Below are positions 17,951 to 26,973 of a stretch of 64,000 bases of DNA, one piece after another. A program made the translations under genes and the position numbers. Source of the DNA: an uncultured Planctomycetales bacterium (GTDB lineage Bacteria; Omnitrophota; Gorgyraeia; Zapsychrales; Zapsychraceae); the NCBI GenBank assembly GCA_964630825.1, contig CAZVZR010000002.1:19648-83647 (forward strand). The letters run 5' to 3'. Within the stretch, counting starts at the first letter, position 1, and each line of letters begins with the position of its first letter. The notes beneath the pieces were generated by a model that saw nothing but the letters and a program-made list of their open reading frames with translations, did not search any database and had not been told where the DNA came from.

Positions 17951-19729
17951 ATGCTTTCAACAGCCATCGGTCTAATTCTCTTTCTGTTTCCTTTATTATT
18001 AGTTTATCGTTTCCAAGATAAAATTTTAGGTTTTGTCTATATTCTTTCTGGAATTATTGCCGGACATCTCATTATTGCTCTAGTGACCCAGGCCTTAAAT
18101 ATTTTTACCTATCCCTGTATTATTTTTGTTCACACTATAATTATGTTATTGGTTATAGGCGATATCATCAAGGATAAAAATTTTCGTTTAATTTTTTTAA
18201 AAAAATTGAAAGTAGATTGGATATTTATTCTAAGTTTAATCATTATATTTATTCATCTTTACCAAGTCCATTACAATTATTCCGGAAAATATTCAACAGT
18301 TGTTTTAAATCCAACCTTTCAGGAAGCGAGGGGGATGGTTTATCCCTACCCCTATTTCGTGGATGAATGGCATGCCATTATCTTTACGAAATATGCAATA
18401 CGGTATAATACATTGGCGTTAACCAATCCATTGTTACCTTTTCATTCTCTCATCCCGAATTTTGCTTTTGTTTTTCACGGTTTCCTGGCCGAACTTTTTG
18501 TTTTATTTTCCCTCGACCCTCTTAAATATTATGTACCGTTAACTATGATTTGCAGCATGCTTATCTGCATTTTAATTTATTGGCTACTGCGTTATGAGAA
18601 AGCAGGAAAATTAACAGCAGCGATGGCGAGTTTGTCAACCTTATACATTACCAATGGGGCTAATCTGCCGGGCTTGTGGACACTGATTCCAGCGACGATG
18701 ACGGTTATTTGCCTTTTATTAGCTTTTTTCTTTGTTATTGCAAAAGATTTCAGGGTGGTGGTTGTTGCGCTGTTAATGGGTTTGGCTTTTTACCCGGCAG
18801 CGCTGTTTTTTTATTTAATAATTTTTATAGCCGCTGTTATAGGCGATCGAAAATTGATCTTAAGAGATAAAATAAATTTAAGCGCCATATTGTTATTGGG
18901 TATTTTTATTGTTGGGGGCGTTCATGCAGGGGCGTATTGGGGAATGGGGAAAAGCTTTAGCAGCTTACTAAAAAACAGGGTTTATGCGGAAAATTTGATT
19001 ACAGATTCTATTCCTCAATACGTCATGGGAGATATTGTTCCGGTACCGATTATTATTTTTGCGGCGGTAGGTTTTTTAAAGATCTGGCGACGGCGCCCTT
19101 GGCTGGCCGGATTGCTGGTTTTAGGTTTGTCGTATTGGCTTTTTTATGCGTTTTCGACAAAGCGGATTCTTATCGATTATCAACGCGTGGTTATTTTGAC
19201 TTCTATTATTTTGGTTATTATATCGGGGTATGGGTTGGATGTTGTGGTAACAGCTGTTTCAAAAAGGTGGCCACCTTTTTTGGTAAAAATAGCTAGTGCC
19301 CTGGTGTTGCTGTTTTCATTTTCAATTTCTTTTCACTATACACAAAGAGAACAATGGAGAAAACTGGTTGTTATAAATCAGAAAACCAAAGAAGTTTATC
19401 ATTCGGCAGCACCGGCGAACCGTTATCTGCAGGAAGATGATTTAGAAATTTTTAGAAATATTAAGCGCCGTATTTTTCTTGCTCCGCCTTGGAAAGGGAC
19501 GGTGGTCGCTGCCGCTACGGATAATTTTCCTTTAACCAGTAAGGTCGGGGTCATAGGCGATACCATCGATGTATACCGAAAATTTATGAGTGCCGATTGT
19601 GAGCAGAAATATACTTCTGCAAGAAATACGTACTTGGATTATGTGTATGTTCCATTTTTTAAATGTCCGCATTTTGAGCCTCTGATCCAAAGCCGGGAAG
19701 GCCTGGTTTTGTACCGCTTTTTGCCGTAA
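17951..19729 (+). CDS. Polytopic membrane protein (over 12 TM helices plus a ~130-aa C-terminal soluble domain). Possible GT-C-fold glycosyltransferase.
   Basis: Dense TM topology over ~460 aa. An acidic motif (PYFVDEWH) sits in an early extracytoplasmic loop. The gene lies between the ABC-2 exporter and the giant surface protein. Confidence 0.5.
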   Translation: MLSTAIGLILFLFPLLLVYRFQDKILGFVYILSGIIAGHLIIALVTQALNIFTYPCIIFVHTIIMLLVIGDIIKDKNFRLIFLKKLKVDWIFILSLIIIFIHLYQVHYNYSGKYSTVVLNPTFQEARGMVYPYPYFVDEWHAIIFTKYAIRYNTLALTNPLLPFHSLIPNFAFVFHGFLAELFVLFSLDPLKYYVPLTMICSMLICILIYWLLRYEKAGKLTAAMASLSTLYITNGANLPGLWTLIPATMTVICLLLAFFFVIAKDFRVVVVALLMGLAFYPAALFFYLIIFIAAVIGDRKLILRDKINLSAILLLGIFIVGGVHAGAYWGMGKSFSSLLKNRVYAENLITDSIPQYVMGDIVPVPIIIFAAVGFLKIWRRRPWLAGLLVLGLSYWLFYAFSTKRILIDYQRVVILTSIILVIISGYGLDVVVTAVSKRWPPFLVKIASALVLLFSFSISFHYTQREQWRKLVVINQKTKEVYHSAAPANRYLQEDDLEIFRNIKRRIFLAPPWKGTVVAAATDNFPLTSKVGVIGDTIDVYRKFMSADCEQKYTSARNTYLDYVYVPFFKCPHFEPLIQSREGLVLYRFLP

Positions 19730-19836
19730 GTCCCTGCCTTAAAAATCTTATCATTAAAAAAAATGAATAAGTATTGCAAATAGTATTAAGAAGTATATTA
19801 ATAAAAGTACAAACTTTATAAATATAAAGCTATAAG

Positions 19837-22800
19837 ATGCCCAACCTGTATAGTCACGGTCAATTCCGAATGATTCCATTTAGGCAAGTAATCCTTATTT
19901 GCCTTTTTATTTTAATTATTACAACACAAAGCGAAGCTGTCACCGTTAGCGGTACCGTCTACACCGACGAAGGCACCAGCCGCATGAGCGGCGGGGTGAC
20001 GGTGCGAGTTGTCGTGGAAGGGGTTTCGGCCGGGACAGATACGACCAGCACGACCAATTGCGCTACCAATGCCGCTCCCTGCGGTGCTTACAATGTCAGT
20101 GGAGTAACTATCAACGCGACAACTAATAGTATAATCGCTTATCTGGATACTAATGGTGGCAATGTCGGGACTGTTATTACACACAGCACATCAGCTGTCT
20201 TAGACAACACAACAGGTTTTGATATTTATCAAAATCATATCGCGATTGAGATGTTTCCTAATAACGGCAATGCTAATAAATCAGCTAGCAATCCTTGGAT
20301 AGATTCCGCCAATGATGCCTGTGATTATGATAAAGATAATGATACGGATATGCCCTATCAATGCTATCAGTATTTATTGTATGGCGATAATAATATTGAA
20401 TTTTATATTTGGTCAGCATCCACGTTTTCTTGGAATTCTGCCTCAACAGCACCTAGGTTAAATGTAGATGGTGTGGATATTCGGGGGCGCCTTTTGAGAG
20501 CAACAGCTAATTTTTATGTGGTTGACCGCGGGGATTGGAATTGCAGCAATTGTACACACGATGTTTCCACAACGGATATAACAACATTCGGCAGCGGTAG
20601 CAAGGCGCATTCTATTACGACAGGGAATGCACCTTTTGGATTAGTTGTCATTGACGAAGCAGGGCAAACCGTATCGACTACTGACGAGCTTTTAATAAAT
20701 GGTAATGTTGGGATAACTGTAACCGCCGGGACTTTGTCTCTGGGGGCAAAACTTCAGGACTATGGCGACTTGACCATTGGGGCTACAGGAACTTTAACAA
20801 CAAATAATTATCAAGTAAATGTGGGGGATGATTTTGTGATTAATTCCGGTGGTGTATTTAATGCCGGCTCGGGAACAGTGAGTTTTTCTGGCTTCACAAA
20901 CACCATGGCTGATCAAACCGTTACTACCTCCGGCCAGTTATTTAATAATGTATATATTAATAATACCCAGGGATCCAGTTCCGATGATATCATTCCTACG
21001 GATGATTGGGATATTGATGGGAATTTAATCATTAATGACGGGAATTTAAATATGAGCACGAATAATAAATCTATTATCCTGGCCGGGAATTGGGTGAGAG
21101 AACCGAATACAAATCATACTTGGGCTAAGGGGACGGGTAATTCGACAGTTACTTTCGATGGCGGCAGTACATCGACGTTTTCCAATAATGGCCTTAATGC
21201 GTCAAGAGTTGATAATTCAACTTACGATTTCAATAAAGTGGACGTGACCAACAATACGACTTTAAAGCTAGTGAATGGAGAACTTGAAGTAGATGGCACC
21301 TTGACGATTGCCTCGGGCGCGACGGTGAATCTTAATGGGCAGACACTGGATCTCAATGGGACGCTCAATAATAACGGAACGTTAAAGATACAGGGAAACG
21401 AAACCGATGTGGATATCGGTGTCATGGATAATGATTCGGGGACCGTCATGTATATTGGCGACGGTAATGGGACATCAAATGTCTATGCGGTACGTAATCA
21501 CAGCGCCGGCGCTTACTATAACCTGACCATCAATGATACAAATTCTACGGTCGACACGTTTACTTTTGATGCGCAAGCAGCGATTAATGGCACGCTTACG
21601 GTTGCCAACGGAAATACACTGGGCTTAAATGGTCAGACTCTGAATATGACCGGGGCGACGTTGTCGAATTCGGGGACGATCACAATGTTTGGTTCGGAAA
21701 CAGTGACTGTTGGGACATGGGACAATGACAGCGGGACCATAGTGTATGTCGGTAACGGCGATGGAGTAGTAGATACACGCAATATTTTGAACCCATCTTC
21801 CGTTGCGGGAACAGGTGATTTTTATAATTTGAGAATAAATGATACCAATTCTACCAAAGATGTATTTGCGTTGCAGGGGGACTTGGACGTTGACGGTGAT
21901 TTAACGATATCTTCAGGGACGTTGGATGTTTCTACCAATAATTATGCCATTGTCTTAGCCGGGACGTGGTTTAATAGCGGTACATTTGCTTCCCGGAGTG
22001 GGACGGTCACTTTCAATGGGACAATAGGCCAAGGGATTACTTTTTGCAGTGCCTGCAACACGACTTCATTTAGTTCGGTTGTGCTTACCAATGCTTCGAG
22101 TAGCGGCGTGACGTTTCTTGACGGTTTTACGACAACGAACTTGACAGATCAAACAGCGGGGTCTACTGTTACGGTTGCAGCGAGCAGTACATCAACGATT
22201 TCGGGAGCAATGACTATGCAGGGAACAAGTTCAAGCCAAGTACGGCTTAAAAGCGGCACGAGCTCAACACAGTTTACGTTTGATGTTCCTGGGGTCAAAC
22301 AAAACGTTTTTAATGTCAATGTGTCTGACTCAGCAGCCAGCAGCAATGATATTGTATGCCACAGTTGTACTAACGGCGGCGGCACGGATGCAGCTCAAGC
22401 CAGCCCGCATTGGGAATTTAGCTCCATAATCAGCGGTGTTGTTTACACGGATGAAGGCACCAGCCGCATGAGCGGCGGGGTGACGGTGCGAGTTGTCGTG
22501 GAAGGGGTTTCGGCCGGGACAGATACGACCAGCACGACCAATTGCGCTACCAATGCCGCTCCCTGCGGTGCTTACAATGTCAGTGGAGTAACTATCAACG
22601 CGACAACTAATAGTATAATCGCTTATCTGGATACTAATGGTGGCAATGTCGGGACTGTTATTACACACAGCACATCAGCTGTCTTAGACAACACAACAGG
22701 TTTTGATATTTATCAAAATCATATCGCGATTGAGATGTTTCCTAATAACGGCAATGCTAATAAATCAGCTAGCAATCCTTGGATAGATTCCGCCAATGAT

Positions 22801-24945
22801 GCCTGTGATTATGATAAAGATAATGATACGGATATGCCCTATCAATGCTATCAGTATTTATTGTATGGCGATAATAATATTGAATTTTATATTTGGTCAG
22901 CATCCACGTTTTCTTGGAATTCTGCCTCAACAGCACCTAGGTTAAATGTAGATGGTGTGGATATTCGGGGGCGCCTTTTGAGAGCAACAGCTAATTTTTA
23001 TGTGGTTGACCGCGGGGATTGGAATTGCAGCAATTGTACACACGATGTTTCCACAACGGATATAACAACATTCGGCAGCGGTAGCAAGGCGCATTCTATT
23101 ACGACAGGGAATGCACCTTTTGGATTAGTTGTCATTGACGAAGCAGGGCAAACCGTATCGACTACTGACGAGCTTTTAATAAATGGTAATGTTGGGATAA
23201 CTGTAACCGCCGGGACTTTGTCTCTGGGGGCAAAACTTCAGGACTATGGCGACTTGACCATTGGGGCTACAGGAACTTTAACAACAAATAATTATCAAGT
23301 AAATGTGGGGGATGATTTTGTGATTAATTCCGGTGGTGTATTTAATGCCGGCTCGGGAACAGTGAGTTTTTCTGGCTTCACAAACACCATGGCTGATCAA
23401 ACCGTTACTACCTCCGGCCAGTTATTTAATAATGTATATATTAATAATACCCAGGGATCCAGTTCCGATGATATCATTCCTACGGATGATTGGGATATTG
23501 ATGGGAATTTAATCATTAATGACGGGAATTTAAATATGAGCACGAATAATAAATCTATTATCCTGGCCGGGAATTGGGTGAGAGAACCGAATACAAATCA
23601 TACTTGGGCTAAGGGGACGGGTAATTCGACAGTTACTTTCGATGGCGGCAGTACATCGACGTTTTCCAATAATGGCCTTAATGCGTCAAGAGTTGATAAT
23701 TCAACTTACGATTTCAATAAAGTGGACGTGACCAACAATACGACTTTAAAGCTAGTGAATGGAGAACTTGAAGTAGATGGCACCTTGACGATTGCCTCGG
23801 GCGCGACGGTGAATCTTAATGGGCAGACACTGGATCTCAATGGGACGCTCAATAATAACGGAACGTTAAAGATACAGGGAAACGAAACCGATGTGGATAT
23901 CGGTGTCATGGATAATGATTCGGGGACCGTCATGTATATTGGCGACGGTAATGGGACATCAAATGTCTATGCGGTACGTAATCACAGCGCCGGCGCTTAC
24001 TATAACCTGACCATCAATGATACAAATTCTACGGTCGACACGTTTACTTTTGATGCGCAAGCAGCGATTAATGGCACGCTTACGGTTGCCAACGGAAATA
24101 CACTGGGCTTAAATGGTCAGACTCTGAATATGACCGGGGCGACGTTGTCGAATTCGGGGACGATCACAATGTTTGGTTCGGAAACAGTGACTGTTGGGAC
24201 ATGGGACAATGACAGCGGGACCATAGTGTATGTCGGTAACGGCGATGGAGTAGTAGATACACGCAATATTTTGAACCCATCTTCCGTTGCGGGAACAGGT
24301 GATTTTTATAATTTGAGAATAAATGATACCAATTCTACCAAAGATGTATTTGCGTTGCAGGGGGACTTGGACGTTGACGGTGATTTAACGATATCTTCAG
24401 GGACGTTGGATGTTTCTACCAATAATTATGCCATTGTCTTAGCCGGGACGTGGTTTAATAGCGGTACATTTGCTTCCCGGAGTGGGACGGTCACTTTCAA
24501 TGGGACAATAGGCCAAGGGATTACTTTTTGCAGTGCCTGCAACACGACTTCATTTAGTTCGGTTGTGCTTACCAATGCTTCGAGTAGCGGCGTGACGTTT
24601 CTTGACGGTTTTACGACAACGAACTTGACAGATCAAACAGCGGGGTCTACTGTTACGGTTGCAGCGAGCAGTACATCAACGATTTCGGGGACATTGACGT
24701 TGCAGGGGACACATAGTAGTGAAATGAGACTTAAAAGTAGCAGCGGCGGAACGCAATTTACCCTTAATGTCACTGGCGGTAACCAGAAGGTCTATCATGT
24801 CAATGTGTCTGACTCAGCAGCCAGCAGCAATGATATTAATTGCCGTAGCTGTACCAACGGCGGCGGCACGGATGCAGCTCAAGCCAGCCCGCATTGGGTA
24901 TTTAGCCCGCTGGTAGGTGCCGTGATGCGGGCGGAGGATAACTGA
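19837..24945 (+). CDS. Giant (1702 aa) Asn/Thr/Gly-rich beta-helical surface protein (adhesin or S-layer-like passenger repeats). No C-terminal beta-barrel.
   Basis: N-terminal signal-like segment MIPFRQVILICLFILIITTQSEA. Repetitive GxLxLxGxxxxxG and PATR-like blocks. About 35 N-x-S/T sequons per 828-aa repeat unit. Contains two tandem 2484-bp units. Confidence 0.8.
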   Translation: MPNLYSHGQFRMIPFRQVILICLFILIITTQSEAVTVSGTVYTDEGTSRMSGGVTVRVVVEGVSAGTDTTSTTNCATNAAPCGAYNVSGVTINATTNSIIAYLDTNGGNVGTVITHSTSAVLDNTTGFDIYQNHIAIEMFPNNGNANKSASNPWIDSANDACDYDKDNDTDMPYQCYQYLLYGDNNIEFYIWSASTFSWNSASTAPRLNVDGVDIRGRLLRATANFYVVDRGDWNCSNCTHDVSTTDITTFGSGSKAHSITTGNAPFGLVVIDEAGQTVSTTDELLINGNVGITVTAGTLSLGAKLQDYGDLTIGATGTLTTNNYQVNVGDDFVINSGGVFNAGSGTVSFSGFTNTMADQTVTTSGQLFNNVYINNTQGSSSDDIIPTDDWDIDGNLIINDGNLNMSTNNKSIILAGNWVREPNTNHTWAKGTGNSTVTFDGGSTSTFSNNGLNASRVDNSTYDFNKVDVTNNTTLKLVNGELEVDGTLTIASGATVNLNGQTLDLNGTLNNNGTLKIQGNETDVDIGVMDNDSGTVMYIGDGNGTSNVYAVRNHSAGAYYNLTINDTNSTVDTFTFDAQAAINGTLTVANGNTLGLNGQTLNMTGATLSNSGTITMFGSETVTVGTWDNDSGTIVYVGNGDGVVDTRNILNPSSVAGTGDFYNLRINDTNSTKDVFALQGDLDVDGDLTISSGTLDVSTNNYAIVLAGTWFNSGTFASRSGTVTFNGTIGQGITFCSACNTTSFSSVVLTNASSSGVTFLDGFTTTNLTDQTAGSTVTVAASSTSTISGAMTMQGTSSSQVRLKSGTSSTQFTFDVPGVKQNVFNVNVSDSAASSNDIVCHSCTNGGGTDAAQASPHWEFSSIISGVVYTDEGTSRMSGGVTVRVVVEGVSAGTDTTSTTNCATNAAPCGAYNVSGVTINATTNSIIAYLDTNGGNVGTVITHSTSAVLDNTTGFDIYQNHIAIEMFPNNGNANKSASNPWIDSANDACDYDKDNDTDMPYQCYQYLLYGDNNIEFYIWSASTFSWNSASTAPRLNVDGVDIRGRLLRATANFYVVDRGDWNCSNCTHDVSTTDITTFGSGSKAHSITTGNAPFGLVVIDEAGQTVSTTDELLINGNVGITVTAGTLSLGAKLQDYGDLTIGATGTLTTNNYQVNVGDDFVINSGGVFNAGSGTVSFSGFTNTMADQTVTTSGQLFNNVYINNTQGSSSDDIIPTDDWDIDGNLIINDGNLNMSTNNKSIILAGNWVREPNTNHTWAKGTGNSTVTFDGGSTSTFSNNGLNASRVDNSTYDFNKVDVTNNTTLKLVNGELEVDGTLTIASGATVNLNGQTLDLNGTLNNNGTLKIQGNETDVDIGVMDNDSGTVMYIGDGNGTSNVYAVRNHSAGAYYNLTINDTNSTVDTFTFDAQAAINGTLTVANGNTLGLNGQTLNMTGATLSNSGTITMFGSETVTVGTWDNDSGTIVYVGNGDGVVDTRNILNPSSVAGTGDFYNLRINDTNSTKDVFALQGDLDVDGDLTISSGTLDVSTNNYAIVLAGTWFNSGTFASRSGTVTFNGTIGQGITFCSACNTTSFSSVVLTNASSSGVTFLDGFTTTNLTDQTAGSTVTVAASSTSTISGTLTLQGTHSSEMRLKSSSGGTQFTLNVTGGNQKVYHVNVSDSAASSNDINCRSCTNGGGTDAAQASPHWVFSPLVGAVMRAEDN
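19957..24924 (+). repeat. Intragenic tandem duplication of two 2484-bp units. The 2235-bp core (19972-22206) is identical to 22456-24690. The 3' ~200 bp of each unit has diverged.
   Basis: Direct comparison of the text. The track's antisense ORFs 19912-20184 and 22330-22668, and 21222-21449 and 23706-23933, are identical pairs exactly 2484 nt apart. Confidence 0.9.
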
Positions 24946-25191
24946 TAACTCGTTGCTTTTTTGAAAAAAACGGGGATAATATTGGACGCAGATGAAGCTA
25001 GAGACGCAGAGGTATTGCGGAAAAAATAGAAGCGTAGTGGTAGAGGGGTATTGAAGAAAAGCAAGGTGTAGTGGTAAAGTGGGTATTTAGAAGGGCATTT
25101 ATTTTTACCACGAGCATCGTTTTGGCTGGTTACCACTATGCTTCGCTAGGCAAATCTATACCACTATTACTACTACTTTTATATTTTTTTT

Positions 25192-26287
25192 ATGTTAGCT
25201 GACTTAAACAAGCAGATCGATGGCATCACGAAGAAGCTCACGGAGCTAAGGGGGTTTCTTTGACCTGTCCGCTAAAGAAGAAAAAATCCAGGCTATTCAA
25301 GATAAAATGAATCTGCCAAATTTTTGGGACAATGCTGCGGAAGCTAATCAACAAATGCGCGAGTTAAAATATTTAAAAAGCTGTGTTGAGCCTTTTGAAG
25401 AAAGCGCAAAGAAAGTGCAAGAATTTAAAGAGTTGATAGATTTATCGTCCGAAGACGAGGAAATGCTTAAACAAATTGAAGAAGAACTGGGCCAGCTTCA
25501 AAGAACTGTTGATGCTCTCGAATTAAACAGTCTCTTGAGCGGCGAGTTTGACCGCAACAATGCCATTTTAAGCATTAATGCCGGCGCCGGTGGGACAGAA
25601 TCTTGCGATTGGGCGAATATGCTGCTGCGCATGTACACGCGTTGGGCGGATGAAAAAGGTTACAGCGTGAAAACTTTGGACATTCTTCCCGGTGAAGAAG
25701 CGGGAATTAAAAATGTGACCTTGGGCATCGAAGGCGAAATGGCTTATGGTTATCTTAAAAGCGAAAAAGGCGTGCATCGTTTGGTGAGGATTTCTCCGTT
25801 TGATTCTAATAAACGCCGGCACACTTCTTTTGCTTCGGTCGATGTTATTCCGGAAATTGAAGATGATATAAAGATTGAAATTACTCCTGATGAGTTGCGT
25901 ATTGATGTGTACCGCTCTTCCGGGCCGGGCGGTCAAAGTGTGAACACCACCGATTCGGCAGTCAGAATAACACATTTATCGACGGGAATTGTTGTTCAGT
26001 GCCAGAATGAGCGTTCGCAGCTGCAGAACCGCCAGAGTGCGATGAAAATCTTGAAAGCGCGGTTATATGAACTTAAAAGCAAAGAACAGGATGAGAAGAT
26101 GGCCAAAGAACACGGGCAGAAGCAGAAAATCGAATGGGGCAGCCAGATCCGTTCCTATACGATGCAACCGTATTCTCTGGTGAAAGACCACCGCACCGAT
26201 GTAGAAACCGGAAACGTTTCGAAAGTGATGGATGGCGGGATTGATATTTTTATTGAGGCTTTTCTGCGTTGGCGGCCAACAGTTTAG
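25192..26287 (+). CDS. prfB: Peptide chain release factor 2, with a programmed +1 frameshift at 25258-25263 (CTT TGA C)
   Basis: ORF0 is MLADLNKQIDGITKKLTELRGFL-stop. The +1 frame continues DLSAKEEKIQAIQDKMNLPNFWD and carries the RF2 SPF motif (RISPFDS) and GGQ (SSGPGGQSVN). An SD-like AGGGGG lies 3 nt before CTT. Confidence 0.9.
25246..25264 (+). promoter_or_regulatory. RF2 autoregulatory +1 frameshift cassette: internal Shine-Dalgarno AGGGGG, slippery CUU, UGA stop, then C
   Basis: ctaAGGGGGtttCTTTGAcc matches the canonical enterobacterial prfB recoding site AGGGGGUAUCUUUGAC. Confidence 0.85.
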
Positions 26288-26338
26288 TAGAAAAGATTTG
26301 ATGAATGTATCAAATATGGTACACTTATAGTGTAAAGA

Positions 26339-26683
26339 ATGAAATTTAATTATCCTTTGCAGGTTGTTTTCTATAAGACGCAAACAGGGATAGAGCCTAC
26401 CCGAGATTGGTTGCGCAATTTATCAAAGCAGGAAAAAAGAGTTCTTGGCAAGGATATTAAGATAGTTCAATTCAGCTGGCCGCTGGGTTTCCCCTTGGTG
26501 AAAAAATTAGAGCCTGGATTGTGGGAAATAAGATCCAGGGCTGGTCATAAAATTTTTCGTATTATTTTTACTATTTACCAAAATTATATTGTTTTGTTAC
26601 ATGGATTTGTCAAGAAGTCACAAAAAATACCTGAGCAAGATTTAGCATTAGCCAGAGAGCGCAAGAAACAATTGGGAGGATAA
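26339..26683 (+). CDS. higB: Type II toxin, HigB/RelE superfamily (Gp49-like, DUF891-type)
   Basis: 114 aa. C-terminal IVLLHGFVKKSQKIPEQDLALARERKKQL is typical of Gp49-like toxins. The HTH antitoxin follows 4 nt downstream. Confidence 0.7.
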   Translation: MKFNYPLQVVFYKTQTGIEPTRDWLRNLSKQEKRVLGKDIKIVQFSWPLGFPLVKKLEPGLWEIRSRAGHKIFRIIFTIYQNYIVLLHGFVKKSQKIPEQDLALARERKKQLGG

Positions 26684-26686
26684 ACA

Positions 26687-26968
26687 ATGGCCAATAAACA
26701 CATAGGAAGTAATTTCGATGATTTTCTTCAAGAAGAAGGGATTTTAGTAGAAACAGAAGCGTCTGCTGTTAAAAAGGTCATTTCTTCTCAGCTTCAGCAG
26801 ATTATGCGCAAAAAGCATATTTCCAAGATAGAAATGGCGCAGAAGATGAAGACATCCCGAGCAGCCCTAGACAGGCTTCTGGAACCGGATAATGTATCCA
26901 TCACCCTTTTGACATTGGAAAGAGCGGCCTTAGCGCTTGGGAAAAAATTAAAAATCAGGCTGGCTTAA
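26687..26968 (+). CDS. higA: XRE-family HTH antitoxin (HigA-like)
   Basis: 93 aa. [35 protein letters not shown]. Toxin-then-antitoxin gene order. Confidence 0.7.
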   Translation: MANKHIGSNFDDFLQEEGILVETEASAVKKVISSQLQQIMRKKHISKIEMAQKMKTSRAALDRLLEPDNVSITLLTLERAALALGKKLKIRLA

Positions 26969-26973
26969 ACAGG

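Noticed and set aside
19912-23933. Antisense ORFs inside the giant gene (19912-20184, 21222-21449, 22149-22385, 22330-22668, 23706-23933), including two identical pairs
   Set aside because: They are shadow ORFs produced by the Gly/Thr/Asn-rich repetitive coding strand. The identical pairs simply reflect the 2484-bp tandem duplication. They carry no RBS and no independent signal.
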